Below are positions 1 to 10,178 of a stretch of DNA of 64,000 nt, one piece after another. This DNA comes from Syntrophales bacterium (GTDB lineage: Bacteria > Desulfobacterota > Syntrophia > Syntrophales > UBA2210). The position numbers and the translations under genes were made by a program. The first letter of the stretch is position 1, and every line of letters starts with the position of its first letter. The stretch spans positions 1,184,001-1,248,000 of the forward strand of contig CAXXNF010000001.1 of assembly GCA_963666365.2 (NCBI GenBank). The letters are read 5' to 3'. The notes below the pieces were generated by a model. That model saw nothing but the letters and a program-made list of their open reading frames with translations, had not been told where the DNA came from and did no database searches.

Positions 1-740
1 CACCTGGGACCCAGTCCCCGGCGCCACGCTGTACGGATTGACCGTCACTGCCACCCCCGGGGGCACCGCTCTCGACTGGGGATCGACGACCGGGTGCCAT
101 TACACCGTCGAGAATCTGGCCAACGGCCAGACCTACTATTTCCGCGTCCAGGCGGCAGGAGGCGACTTCTGGTCCGCCTGCTCCGACGAGATCAGCGCGA
201 CCCCGACGGAGGCACTGCCCCCGGCCCCCACGGGACTGTATTTCGTTCCCGGCAATAGCCGGATCAGTCTCCTCTGGAACGCCATGGACGGGGTGACCTC
301 CTATGCGATCTACCGCCGGACCGCCGCTGATCCCTGGCCGGTTGAACCGACCGCAACCACGACAGGAACTCTGTTCAACGACGCAGGGCTCGTCAACGGC
401 ATCGCTTACTTCTATGCTGTCACTGCCGTGAACGAGGCCGGTCCTGGAGCCTGGTCCCTGAATGAGCCCTCTTCCACCCCGGTGGATACCGCCCCGGCTG
501 CCCCGGTCAAGGTCACGGTCGTCCCCGGCAACACCCAGGCGACCGTCACCTGGGACCCCGTCCCCGGCGCAATCCAGTACGGACTGACCGTCGCTGCCAC
601 CCCCGGGGGCAACGCTCTCGACTGGGGATCGACGACAGGGGTTCATTATACCATCGGAAACCTAGTGAACGGCCAGACCTACTATTTCCGCATCCAGGCA
701 GGAGGCGACGTCTGGTCCGCCTACTCCGACGAGGTAAGTA
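1..740 (+). repeat. Intragenic direct repeat, period 546 nt (two FN3 domains)
   Basis: cacctgggac.c.gtccccggcgc at 1 recurs at 547, and the following ~190 nt are near-identical (e.g. ctcgactggggatcgacgac, aacggccagacctactatttccgc). Confidence 0.85.
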
Positions 741-1132
741 CTATCCCCAATCCGGATGCCCATATCGGCAATCTGTCCGGCAGGATCGCTACAAACCTCG
801 CCGGTCATGCCGGCCTCGGGGTCGCCAATGCCACGGTTAGCCTCCAGGGTACGGCCTATTCTGCCCAGACCGACGCCAACGGGGACTTTATTATGCTCAA
901 CGTTCCCTATGGGAATTATACGCTGGTGGTCACGGCCGCCAACATGGAAACCAGAATGGAGACCATCTCTCTGAACTCTGCGAGTCTGGCGGTCGCGGTG
1001 GCGGATCTGGCGCTGCCGACGTGCCCCGCCTGCGTCAGGGGTGATGCCAACAACGATCAGCGGGTCGGATTGGAGGATGTGATCTACGATCTCCAGGTGA
1101 CATCCGGCATCAGGCCGGCTGAGACACCGTGA
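2..1132 (+). CDS. Fibronectin type III repeat surface protein with carboxypeptidase-regulatory-like (CarboxypepD_reg) domain and C-terminal dockerin-like motif; 5'-truncated by window
   Basis: Frame is open from nt 2 (TWDPVPGATLYGL...). Repeated FN3 motifs (W..V.GA..Y, L.NG.TYYFRVQA), then G..LSGRI..GV.NATVSL..TD.NG.F..LNVP.G.YTL, ending GDANNDQRVGLEDVIYDLQ. Confidence 0.8.
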   Translation, partial: TWDPVPGATLYGLTVTATPGGTALDWGSTTGCHYTVENLANGQTYYFRVQAAGGDFWSACSDEISATPTEALPPAPTGLYFVPGNSRISLLWNAMDGVTSYAIYRRTAADPWPVEPTATTTGTLFNDAGLVNGIAYFYAVTAVNEAGPGAWSLNEPSSTPVDTAPAAPVKVTVVPGNTQATVTWDPVPGAIQYGLTVAATPGGNALDWGSTTGVHYTIGNLVNGQTYYFRIQAGGDVWSAYSDEVSTIPNPDAHIGNLSGRIATNLAGHAGLGVANATVSLQGTAYSAQTDANGDFIMLNVPYGNYTLVVTAANMETRMETISLNSASLAVAVADLALPTCPACVRGDANNDQRVGLEDVIYDLQVTSGIRPAETP

Positions 1133-1325
1133 TGGGGCGACAGGGGCCCCCATCAGGGCGCCCTGTCGATCGCCAGCGGACGGTTTTCAATAATGAAATG
1201 GCAAAGAGCGCAACCGAACGTTATCTGGCAAAGCTGCTTGCTGAAATCCGCATAATCGGGAATCAGGAAGTCACTCTGAAGTAATGATATTTGATTAACT
1301 GTCAAATTTTCATTTCTTCCATCCC

Positions 1326-1376
1326 TTGCAAAAAAAGATAAATCATATTAAACTGGTCTGAAACCAGTCTAAGGAG
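1326..1376 (+). promoter_or_regulatory. Sigma70-type promoter with overlapping inverted-repeat operator and RBS for the phd/vapC operon
   Basis: TTGCAA(1326)-17 nt-TAAACT(1349). Inverted repeat ACTGGT-N5-ACCAGT at 1352-1368. AAGGAG at 1371. Confidence 0.65.
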
Positions 1377-1381
1377 CAGCT

Positions 1382-1621
1382 ATGAAAACGGTAGGCGCCT
1401 ACGAGGCAAAAACGCATTTGCCCAAACTTCTCGAGAGGGTTGCAAAGGGGGAACGGATAGCAATCACGAAGCACGGTGTTCGTGTAGCTGTCCTACAGCC
1501 TCCGGACCTTGAAAATTCCGTTGATGTGAGAGCAGTCATTGCCGAACTTCGCAAATTGAGAAGCAGGCACGGCCTGGGAGGACTCACCATTCGTGAATTG
1601 ATAGAGGAGGGAAGGCGATAA
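1382..1621 (+). CDS. Type II antitoxin, Phd/YefM (prevent-host-death) family
   Basis: MKTVGAYEAKTHLPKLLERVAKGERIAITKHG..VA.L is the Phd/YefM signature; 79 aa; directly abuts a PIN gene. Confidence 0.92.
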   Translation: MKTVGAYEAKTHLPKLLERVAKGERIAITKHGVRVAVLQPPDLENSVDVRAVIAELRKLRSRHGLGGLTIRELIEEGRR

Positions 1622-2044
1622 ATGAGTGATCCTTTTGTGGTGGATAATTCCGTCGTGATGTCGTGGTGCTTCAAAAATGAAACAAACGAGTATGCCGATG
1701 CCGTGCTTGATCTTCTTTGCGAAACTACGGCCTTCGTCCCTTCAATCTGGCCTTTGGAGGTTGTTAATGTATTGGTGACGGCGGAACGAAGGGGACGGCT
1801 GAGCGAAGCGGACACGGTGCGATTCATCACGCTTTTGTCTCAGCTGCCCATACATGTTGAACAAGAGCGGCCGGAACGAATTATGAAGGATCTGACGGCC
1901 TTGGCCAGGGAGCACAATCTGTCCAGCTACGACGCTTCATATCTCGATCTTTCGATGAAAAGAGGACTTTCAATCGCCACGCTGGATGCGCGGCTGATGG
2001 AAGCAGCAAAAAAAATAAATGTTTCACTTTTGTCTGTCTCGTAA
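1622..2044 (+). CDS. vapC: Type II toxin, VapC/PIN-domain ribonuclease
   Basis: FVVDNSV, WPLEV.N, LSSYDASYL, ATLDARL supply the PIN acidic tetrad; 140 aa. Confidence 0.92.
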   Translation: MSDPFVVDNSVVMSWCFKNETNEYADAVLDLLCETTAFVPSIWPLEVVNVLVTAERRGRLSEADTVRFITLLSQLPIHVEQERPERIMKDLTALAREHNLSSYDASYLDLSMKRGLSIATLDARLMEAAKKINVSLLSVS

Positions 2045-2084
2045 AAAACTAACACGGAGAAGGCATTAAAATCAGGAGGTCCCG

Positions 2085-4217
2085 GTGACTAACGACCTGC
2101 CCCCCAGTCCGAAAGCGGATTCCTCGCTCATTGCCCGTCTGCGCAACAGGGCGTTCAAGGTGGATATTGTTTTTCTCTTCTGCGCCATTATCATCCCCAC
2201 CGTTCTTACCGTCACGACCTTCAGTTACCACCAGAACAGCAAGGCGGCCCTGGAAATGACCCACGATCTGGTGAAGAAGATCACCGACTCGGTCATGGAC
2301 GCGACCATTAATTATCTCAGACCCGCGCAGATATATTCGGAAATCACCGCAAATGTAATGGCCCATGCCCCCGAGGACCTTTCCACGGCGCCACATCTGG
2401 ATCGCTATCTCATGGGCGTGGTGCGCAGCAGACCCCACATCAGTCTCGCCTACTACGGAACAGATCAGGGCGATTTCCTGGCGGCGGTCCGCCTGAGACC
2501 TGAAGACCCGGTAATGACTCGTCTTATCAATAGACATGCCGACCCGGCTGTCATTATTGAAAGGATCTATGATGACCGTTTCACCGCAATAAAGGAAACA
2601 CATTCTACTGAGGTTGTCTACGATCCCCGGCAACGCCCCTGGTATAAGGGATGTAAACAGACCGGAGAGACCTATTGGACCGACCTGTACGTGTTTTCCT
2701 CCACGGGGAAACTGGGCGTCACCGCCGCCGCACCGGTAAAAGGACGGGAGGGAACTCTCCGGGGAGTCGTGGGAACCGATATCACCCTGGAGGGACTCTC
2801 GACCTTTCTCAAACGCACAACCATCAGCAAGGGGGGTACAATTTTTATCATGACCCGCAAGGGGCAGCTGGTGGCCTTTCCCGATCCCGACCGGATGGTC
2901 AGGCTCGAGGGAGGAAAGATTGTGTCGGTGCAGGCCTACGAACTCAATGACAGGCGCATAAACGATGCGGTGCACCACCTTGAAAATACAGGCGAATCCA
3001 TGTTCACGATTGAAGTAGAACACCAGAGAATCATGGCCTTTTTTACTCCCTTTCCAAAGGATTTCGGAAAGGACTGGCTTATCGCCGTCATTGCCCCGGA
3101 AGATGATTTTGTGGGCCCTGTCAAGGCGACCCATACAAAGACTCTCATTATGTCCGGGTTTATCCTTCTTCTTGCTGTGGGGTGCGGATTCCTCTTTGCG
3201 AGGAACCTTTCGCGGCCCATAGAAGCGCTCACCAGCGAACTTCGCGGGATTAAAGGGTTTGACCTTGCTCGAAGACCGCCGGTCGTCTCGGCCATTTTTG
3301 AAATTCAGATGATGGCCGAGGCAGTTGAATCAATGAAAAACGGGTTGCGGGCCTTCGGCAGGTATGTGCCTACCACGCTGGTCAGACAGTTGATAGAGTC
3401 GGGAGAAGAGGTTACTCCCGGCGGACGGGAGCGAGAAATCACCCTGTTTTTCTCCGATGTGGCCGATTTTACCTCCATATCCGAACAAATTCCCGCCCGT
3501 GAATTAATGGTCAATCTATCGGAATATATGGATGTAATGACCTGCGCGATCAACGAAGAAAAGGGAACCGTGGATAAGTACATCGGAGATGCGGTAATGG
3601 CATTCTGGGGAGCGCCCGTGCCGGACGATCTGCACGCCCTTCATGCGTGCAGGGCTGCACTCAGGTGTCGGTGCGCGCTTGATGAACTCAATGTCCGGTG
3701 GCGAACAGAAGGCAAGATCCCCTTCATAACGCGGATAGGAATCCATACGGGATTTACCATAGTGGGAAACATGGGGTCCACCGAACGGCTCAACTACACG
3801 GTACTGGGAGATAATGTCAACCTGGCAAGCAGATTGGAAGGGGTCAACAAGGTGTACGGCACATCAGTGATCATAAGTCAGGCAACGCACCGCTATGTAA
3901 GAAACGACTTTATAATTCGCCCCCTGGATATCATTGCCGTGAAGGGCAAACTTACCAGCGTAGTGATCTATGAGCTTATGGGAGATCGGGAATCCGCCGA
4001 TGCCCAGAGACTGGACACACTGGCCCGAGAATTCTCCCGCGCCTTTGATCTGTATCTGCACCGTCAATGGGATCAGGCCGTGGAAATCCTGGAACATCTC
4101 AAGTCAGACTTCCCTCACGACGGGCCGGTTACGCTACTTCTGGAACGATCCCTCCATTGCCTGCAGAACGACCCGGGACCCGAGTGGAGCGGTAGTGTAA
4201 GACTCGACTCCAAATAA
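2085..4217 (+). CDS. Membrane class III adenylate cyclase (TM-dCache-TM-HAMP-CYC, TPR-like tail)
   Basis: Cache motif YDPRQRPWY; FFSDVADFT; VDKYIGDAVMAFWG; GIHTG; NYTVLGDNVNLASRLE. GTG start with CAGGAGG RBS. Confidence 0.92.
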   Translation: MTNDLPPSPKADSSLIARLRNRAFKVDIVFLFCAIIIPTVLTVTTFSYHQNSKAALEMTHDLVKKITDSVMDATINYLRPAQIYSEITANVMAHAPEDLSTAPHLDRYLMGVVRSRPHISLAYYGTDQGDFLAAVRLRPEDPVMTRLINRHADPAVIIERIYDDRFTAIKETHSTEVVYDPRQRPWYKGCKQTGETYWTDLYVFSSTGKLGVTAAAPVKGREGTLRGVVGTDITLEGLSTFLKRTTISKGGTIFIMTRKGQLVAFPDPDRMVRLEGGKIVSVQAYELNDRRINDAVHHLENTGESMFTIEVEHQRIMAFFTPFPKDFGKDWLIAVIAPEDDFVGPVKATHTKTLIMSGFILLLAVGCGFLFARNLSRPIEALTSELRGIKGFDLARRPPVVSAIFEIQMMAEAVESMKNGLRAFGRYVPTTLVRQLIESGEEVTPGGREREITLFFSDVADFTSISEQIPARELMVNLSEYMDVMTCAINEEKGTVDKYIGDAVMAFWGAPVPDDLHALHACRAALRCRCALDELNVRWRTEGKIPFITRIGIHTGFTIVGNMGSTERLNYTVLGDNVNLASRLEGVNKVYGTSVIISQATHRYVRNDFIIRPLDIIAVKGKLTSVVIYELMGDRESADAQRLDTLAREFSRAFDLYLHRQWDQAVEILEHLKSDFPHDGPVTLLLERSLHCLQNDPGPEWSGSVRLDSK

Positions 4218-4398
4218 TATCACAGAAACCGCTCGTTCGAAGTTGCAGATACGCGGGTATCGACAGTCCGGTCACCACATACCTGTACTCACCGGTTCAA
4301 CTATATTTTTTTCTATTGATTTTCCCGCAGAGAAGGCGTAGTGATCCGTTCCGCTCAGATCGATTTCTTTATGGCGAGGTAGGACCTGTGTCCAGCTT

Positions 4399-5628
4399 AT
4401 GATCCCTGTTGTGATTGTGGCGGTTGTGTTCGTAATGATTGCCCTGCGGCGCATCGGCAAATTGCCGGTGAAAATATGGCACATAATGCTGGGGGGAGCG
4501 CTTGTATCGCTTGCAACCGGTTCAATCTCACCCGCAGGCGCCGTTCGCGCCATACAATTCGATATCATCCTCTTTCTTTTCGGTATGTTTGTGGTCGGTC
4601 AGGCGCTCGAAGAGAGTGGATCGCTGGCCTGGCTTGCCTATCAGCTATTTAAGAAACTACAATCACTGGATCTGCTGGTTCTTGCCATCATGTTCGGCAT
4701 GGGGTTTGTGTCGGCCTTTCTCATGAACGATACGGTGGCCGTGATCGGCACCCCCATCATGCTGTATCTTGCACGACAGCATTCCATTGCTCCCAGGCTT
4801 CTCCTGTTTGCCCTGGCCTTTTCCATCACCATAGGCAGCGTGATGAGTCCTATAGGAAATCCACAGAACTTACTCATTGCGATTTATGGAAACATTGACA
4901 ATCCTTTCGTCACGTTTCTGCGCTATCTCTTTATCCCTACAGTACTAAATCTTCTGGTCTGTTATTTGCTGTTACGATGCGTTAACGGCAGACATTTCCG
5001 CCGCAGTCCTCTGAATCACAAACCTGAAACAATCAGAGATCTGCATCTCGCCCGGCTTTCCTTTGCAGCGCTCATTATGATTGTTGCCATGGTGACGTCA
5101 AAAATAATTCTGGTCTTTCTTGGATCCTCCTTCGATTTCAGATTAACCTATATCGCACTTGTGGCTGCCGCGCCTATTCTCATTGTGAGCCCGAAGCGAT
5201 GTGGTATTGTCCGTCATATCGACTGGACAACCCTCGTTTTTTTTGGGGCCCTTTTCGTCCTGATGCAAAGCGTCTGGGATGCCGGTTTTTTTCAATCGAT
5301 TATCGCGCAGATCCCTTTCGATATGACCTCCGGATCCATGATTTTTGGTGTCAGCGTGCTCTTGAGCCAGCTGATTTCAAATGTTCCTCTTGTTGCGCTT
5401 TACCTTCCACTCATAATGGAAAGCGGTGCTTCAACGGAACCGATGATGTATCTTGCCGCAGGAAGCACTATCGCCGGGAATCTCTTTATTCTCGGGGCGG
5501 CCAGCAACATAATCATCATTCAAAACGCCGAAAAACACGGCGGCGCAACCCTGGGTTTTTTTGAATTTGCCGCCGTCGGCATTCCTCTGACGGTAATCAA
5601 TGTGGTGATCTATTGGCTTTTCATATAA
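4399..5628 (+). CDS. ArsB/NhaD/SLC13-superfamily anion permease
   Basis: Highly hydrophobic; SAFLMNDT, IGSVMSPIGNPQNLLIA, SQLISNVP, STIAGNLFILGAASNII. Confidence 0.85.
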   Translation: MIPVVIVAVVFVMIALRRIGKLPVKIWHIMLGGALVSLATGSISPAGAVRAIQFDIILFLFGMFVVGQALEESGSLAWLAYQLFKKLQSLDLLVLAIMFGMGFVSAFLMNDTVAVIGTPIMLYLARQHSIAPRLLLFALAFSITIGSVMSPIGNPQNLLIAIYGNIDNPFVTFLRYLFIPTVLNLLVCYLLLRCVNGRHFRRSPLNHKPETIRDLHLARLSFAALIMIVAMVTSKIILVFLGSSFDFRLTYIALVAAAPILIVSPKRCGIVRHIDWTTLVFFGALFVLMQSVWDAGFFQSIIAQIPFDMTSGSMIFGVSVLLSQLISNVPLVALYLPLIMESGASTEPMMYLAAGSTIAGNLFILGAASNIIIIQNAEKHGGATLGFFEFAAVGIPLTVINVVIYWLFI

Positions 5629-5724
5629 AGGAACAGGGAGGCATCCTAAAGCGGTCGGCGCCGTCAAGGCGGCGGGAGTCTTCACTCCGTGGTGAAGCAA
5701 CGGCGACGGCGAGCGACTGCACGC

Positions 5725-7572
5725 CTACAGAGGCCACACCAGCAATAACAGGGGAACGGCGACGGCAACAACCAGGGCTTCCAGCGGCAGGCCCAGCTTC
5801 CAATAGTCGCCGAAACGGAACCCGCCCGGCCCGAGGATCAGTGTATTGTTTTGATGACCGATAGGCGTGAGAAAGGCACAGGAAGCCCCCACCGCCACTG
5901 CCATCAGAAAGGGGTCCGCACTGACTCCCAGATACCCGGATGTACTGATCGCTATGGGACACATCACGGCAGCGGTGGCGGCATTGTTCATCATGTCGGA
6001 AAGGAACATGGTAACAATCAGGATCACGGCCATACCCACAACGGCCTGCCCCTGGGCGAAATACTCAATCAGAAACCGGGCCATCATATCGGCGGCGCCG
6101 GTGTGCTCCATCGCCCCGGCCACCGGAAACAATGCGCCAAGCAGTATTATTACGGGCCAATCAATCGCATGATAGACCGTTCGAAGAGATACCGTCCTCA
6201 GTGCCATGGAGGCCAGTACGCCGGCGGTGAAGGCAATGGCGGCCGGTACGAGGCCGAAGGCTGCCCCGCCGACGGCAAGCGCCATAATGACCACGGAAAT
6301 AAAGGCCTTGCGTTTATTTGGAATACGAAGCGCCCGTTCCGCCAGTGGAACACAGCCGGAATTTTCGGCGAATTCGGACAGTGCGTCAGCTGCCCCCTGC
6401 ATCAGCAGTAAGTCGCCGGGGCGGAAGATCATCTTCCGCAGCCGTGATGTGGAGCGGCGCCCCTGACGGGACAGCGCAAGAAGGTTAACGCCGTAGCGGG
6501 TGCGCAGCATGATGTCGCTTGCCGAGAGACCCGTCAGATCAGAGCCGGGGAGAACCGCGTACTCTCTGAGCACGATCTCCTGTGCCGTGAGGGGTTTTTC
6601 TTCACGTTCTTTACCGTCCTCTGAATTTTCTTCCTGCCCCTCTCCTTCTTCCCCATCCGGCTCTTTTGGTTTTGGACGCTTTGATTCTTCGAGCTTTAAC
6701 CCGAGACCGGACAGCGTTTCGGCCAGGGCGTCCGCCTCAGCTTCGATTACCAGGATGTCGCCGGTATAGACCATACGACTTTGACTGGGAGGTGTAAGGC
6801 GCACTTCGTTTCTCACCAGCCCGATGACCTGGGCACCGCCTCCTGCATCATCCAGAAGCGCTTCAACTTCCCGAAGTGTGAGGCCCGCGGCCTTGCTCCC
6901 CTTCTCGACGCGGGCTTCAGTGAGATAGGCTTCCGTATCGAAACCTTCCGATGCGGCCTGCTTTCTGATGGGAACGAGCCTCCAGCCGATGAGCGCTACA
7001 AAAAGAATGCCCGAGGCGGCCACCGCCAACCCTACCGGCGTAAAGTCAAGCATGGCAAAATTGCTCCCGCCGTTTTGGGCGCGGAAGCCCGATACGATCA
7101 GATTGGGTGGTGTTCCGATCATGGTGGTCATGCCGCCCAGGATCGATCCGAAGGCCAGGGGCATGAGGACGCGCCCGGGGGGAATTTCCCGGCGCGAGGC
7201 AACCTGCAGGGCAATCGGCATCATAAGCGCCAGTGCACCGACATTGTTCATAAACCCTGAAAGCACCGCAGCGACTCCCGTGAGTGCGGCAATGGTAACA
7301 GTGGGGCCCGCCGACGCCGGCATGATGCGACGCACCAGCACATCGACGGCGCCCGAATTCTCAAGCCCTTTGCTCAGAATCAGCACACAGGCCACCGTTA
7401 TGACTGCAGGGTGGGCAAAACCGTAAAATGCATCCCCCGTTGATACCAGTCCGGTGAAGACACAGGCAAGCAGGGCCCCGGTCGCCACCATGTCATGGCG
7501 CCATCTCCCCCACAAAAACATGGCCATCGTAGCCGCCAGAATGGAAAGGATAACAATCTGTGGGCCTGTCAT
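5725..7572 (-). CDS. SLC13-family permease with two TrkA-C (RCK_C) domains
   Basis: SGFMNNVG, GGMTTMIGTPPNL, soluble RCK_C segments, MNNAATA, FLTPIGHQNNTLILGPGGFRFGDY. Start set at MTGPQ (alternatives up to 7605). Confidence 0.88.
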   Translation of the reverse strand: MTGPQIVILSILAATMAMFLWGRWRHDMVATGALLACVFTGLVSTGDAFYGFAHPAVITVACVLILSKGLENSGAVDVLVRRIMPASAGPTVTIAALTGVAAVLSGFMNNVGALALMMPIALQVASRREIPPGRVLMPLAFGSILGGMTTMIGTPPNLIVSGFRAQNGGSNFAMLDFTPVGLAVAASGILFVALIGWRLVPIRKQAASEGFDTEAYLTEARVEKGSKAAGLTLREVEALLDDAGGGAQVIGLVRNEVRLTPPSQSRMVYTGDILVIEAEADALAETLSGLGLKLEESKRPKPKEPDGEEGEGQEENSEDGKEREEKPLTAQEIVLREYAVLPGSDLTGLSASDIMLRTRYGVNLLALSRQGRRSTSRLRKMIFRPGDLLLMQGAADALSEFAENSGCVPLAERALRIPNKRKAFISVVIMALAVGGAAFGLVPAAIAFTAGVLASMALRTVSLRTVYHAIDWPVIILLGALFPVAGAMEHTGAADMMARFLIEYFAQGQAVVGMAVILIVTMFLSDMMNNAATAAVMCPIAISTSGYLGVSADPFLMAVAVGASCAFLTPIGHQNNTLILGPGGFRFGDYWKLGLPLEALVVAVAVPLLLLVWPL

Positions 7573-7748
7573 ATCAATCCGCGCCTCCATAATTGCCTGC
7601 GGCATACCATTAATTTGCAGACATCAACCGGCGACGAGGGCGCCATTTCACTGAGCATTTGGATTATCCAACAGCATGTATTCGCATGGGTGATTGCAGT
7701 TTAATAGGACATGCGTGCCGGTGACACAATTTCCTACTGAACGCCTGT

Positions 7749-8708
7749 TCAGCTTCGATCCTCAATCTCTATCCCCCGGCGTTTGACTGCCTCGGCATGC
7801 TGGAGAAGTCTTTCCGCCGCGGCTCGGTCAAGGACATAGATCATGCGGCCGCCCTTTTCGGCGTAAATCTTCCCGTAGGATATGGGAACCAGCGGCGTGG
7901 GATCATTCAGCAGTGATTCGGCGATCGGTTCCGTTTTGCGGCTGCCGTTGGCAAGGAGAATCACCGTGCGGGCCCTGTACACCAGTTCCGCACCCATGGA
8001 AACGGCATAGGAAGGACTTTCCTCCCGGCTGGTGAAATGACCGTCGGCAACGGCGTTCTCAATCGTGTTCTCATCCAGTTTGACCAGCAGCATCCGGTTC
8101 CCCTCAAAGGGAATGCCCGATTCATGAAAGGCCACGTGGCCGCGTCCGCCGACGCCGATTATGTGCAGATCGATGCCGCCGCATTGAAGAATCTTCCGCT
8201 CGTAGGCATCCAGGATGGAAGTGCGCACCCAGCGCAGATACTCGGACTTCGCATCGGGCTTTATCACCACCGCCTTTCCCCTGTCGGCGCCCTCTTCCCG
8301 CCAATCCCCCGGATTTGCCTCAAGCTCCCGGATCAAGGTTTTCTGATCGATCAGGGTTCCCCAGGGAACATTCGTTTCTTTAAATTTTTTATTGAGCAGC
8401 CCGAACAGTTCCTGAATCATAAAAAAACTGTAACTTTCAGGATGGAGCGCCCGCTGCTGAGCGTTTTCTCCGGGAAGACCGACATATTCATCCAGATTGA
8501 AACTCTGAATTCGGGCGCTGTCAACGAGACCATCATTGGCCGCCCGGGCCAGATGTTTGTAGAGCCCCGTGGGCGAATTGCCCGTGGCCAATCCCAGCGT
8601 AAAGGTGTCTTTGTCAGCCAGCGCCGCACTGACGGCGTCTATTGCCAGCCCTGCGGCAACCTCGCTCATGTGTTCAAAATCTCTTGTGACGATCACATTG
8701 AAGGACAT
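7749..8708 (-). CDS. nagB: Glucosamine-6-phosphate deaminase/isomerase family protein (NagB-like, divergent)
   Basis: LGLATGNSP, FNLDEYVGL, GGIDL.IIGVG..GH.AF.E, A.SMG, ILLANG.RK. Start set at MSFNV. Confidence 0.78.
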   Translation of the reverse strand: MSFNVIVTRDFEHMSEVAAGLAIDAVSAALADKDTFTLGLATGNSPTGLYKHLARAANDGLVDSARIQSFNLDEYVGLPGENAQQRALHPESYSFFMIQELFGLLNKKFKETNVPWGTLIDQKTLIRELEANPGDWREEGADRGKAVVIKPDAKSEYLRWVRTSILDAYERKILQCGGIDLHIIGVGGRGHVAFHESGIPFEGNRMLLVKLDENTIENAVADGHFTSREESPSYAVSMGAELVYRARTVILLANGSRKTEPIAESLLNDPTPLVPISYGKIYAEKGGRMIYVLDRAAAERLLQHAEAVKRRGIEIEDRS

Positions 8709-8739
8709 CCTGTTTTCCCCCTGTCTGTAATATGCCGGA

Positions 8740-10089
8740 TCAACCGATTGTTTTTTTGACCACCTCGGCAATCTGTGAGCAGTACTGAAACGTTTCCTCC
8801 CGGGTGGGGCCTTCCACCATCACGCGGCACATATTTTGCGTGCCTGAGTAGCGAACGAGGACCCGACCACTTGTTCCCAGTTTTTCCTCGACCGATTTGA
8901 TGACGGCAACCATTTCCGGCACCGTCGATATCTCGGGTCGTGATTTTGTATCCACATTGATCAGGGACTGAGGGAACACATCCATCACCTTGGCCAACTC
9001 GGACAGCGGCTTCCCCTCTTTTCTCATGGCGGCAATCACCTGAAGCGCCGTAATGATTCCGTCGCCTGTGGTGTGATGCTGAAGAAATATTACATGACCC
9101 GAGTCCTCTCCACCGATTGAGGCGCCCCTGGCCTGCATCTCTTCCAGCACGTAGCGGTCGCCCACCTTGGTCATGACGGAGTCGATTTTTAGTTTTTCAA
9201 AGGCCGCGGAGAGGCCGATATTACTCATTACCGTTCTCACCACAAGATTGTTCGTCAGCGCCCCTTCTTTTTTCATAACGTCGGCGCAGACGGCAATGAT
9301 CTGATCCCCTGTCAGGACGTTTCCTTTCTCATCGACAGCAATGAGGCGGTCGCCGTCGCCATCGAAGGCAAAGCCCACATCGGCACGCTGCTTCAGCACC
9401 TCGGCTGCCAGGGTTTCCGGATGCTGGGAACCGCAATTGACATTGATGTTCTTTCCATCGGGATCATCAAAAAGGGTCGTCACCTCCGCCCCCAGTTCCT
9501 CGAAGGTCTCCGGCGCCACCCGATAGGTCGCGCCGTTGGCACAGTCGAGCACCACGTTATTGCCTTCCAGGCTATGCTCGCGGGGGAATGCATGTTTTAA
9601 AAAGACTACGTACCGACCCCGGGCGTCGTCCATGCGAAAGGCCTTGCCCAGTTCAGCGGGAGGGGGAAGCATTTTTTCCATTTTGTTTTCCAAGATCATC
9701 TCTTCAATGGCTGCCTCCGTCTCATCAGGCAGCTTGAAGCCTTCGTGCGAAAAGATCTTGATCCCGTTATCCTGGAAAGGGTTGTGAGAGGCCGATATGA
9801 CGATGCCGGCATCGGCTCGCATGCTGCTGGTCAGAAAGGCGATACCCGGCGTGGGGATGACGCCCACGAGAATGGCATCGACTCCCATGGAACAGATGCC
9901 CGACACAAGGGCATTTTCCAACATATAGCCGGAAAGGCGTGTGTCTTTCCCAATCAGTATTTTGGGATGATGGCCCTTGCGCTTGAACATGTACGCGGTT
10001 GCTCTTCCTACACTAAAGGCCATTTCCGCCGTCATCGGATATTCATTCGCCACGCCTCGTATTCCGTCGGTTCCGAACAGTGTGCCCAT
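8740..10089 (-). CDS. glmM: Phosphoglucosamine mutase
   Basis: LFGTDGIRG, GKDTRLSG, ISASHNP, DGDGDR, GGEDSGH, TGDG, RYSGT. Start set at MGTLF. Confidence 0.95.
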   Translation of the reverse strand: MGTLFGTDGIRGVANEYPMTAEMAFSVGRATAYMFKRKGHHPKILIGKDTRLSGYMLENALVSGICSMGVDAILVGVIPTPGIAFLTSSMRADAGIVISASHNPFQDNGIKIFSHEGFKLPDETEAAIEEMILENKMEKMLPPPAELGKAFRMDDARGRYVVFLKHAFPREHSLEGNNVVLDCANGATYRVAPETFEELGAEVTTLFDDPDGKNINVNCGSQHPETLAAEVLKQRADVGFAFDGDGDRLIAVDEKGNVLTGDQIIAVCADVMKKEGALTNNLVVRTVMSNIGLSAAFEKLKIDSVMTKVGDRYVLEEMQARGASIGGEDSGHVIFLQHHTTGDGIITALQVIAAMRKEGKPLSELAKVMDVFPQSLINVDTKSRPEISTVPEMVAVIKSVEEKLGTSGRVLVRYSGTQNMCRVMVEGPTREETFQYCSQIAEVVKKTIG

Positions 10090-10178
10090 ATACAGCTCCT
10101 TTGCAGTAATGTATACAAAATAACGCAGATATCTACTACAGCCGCAGCTGTTTTGCAATACGAAAGCCGGTCTATTTT

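Noticed and set aside
1133..1290. Small ORF (MAKSATERYLAKLLAEIRIIGNQEVTLK) and GC hairpins after the FN3 gene
   Set aside because: Too short, with no RBS or recognisable family; the hairpins lack a U-tract, so neither a gene nor a terminator is supported.
2049..3134. 361-aa minus-strand ORF
   Set aside because: Antisense to the well-supported adenylate cyclase, with no motifs.
2085..4217. Guanylate cyclase or otherwise unusual specificity in the two cyclases
   Set aside because: Both keep the Lys (DK.IGD) and Thr (YT..GD) typical of bacterial class IIIb adenylate cyclases.
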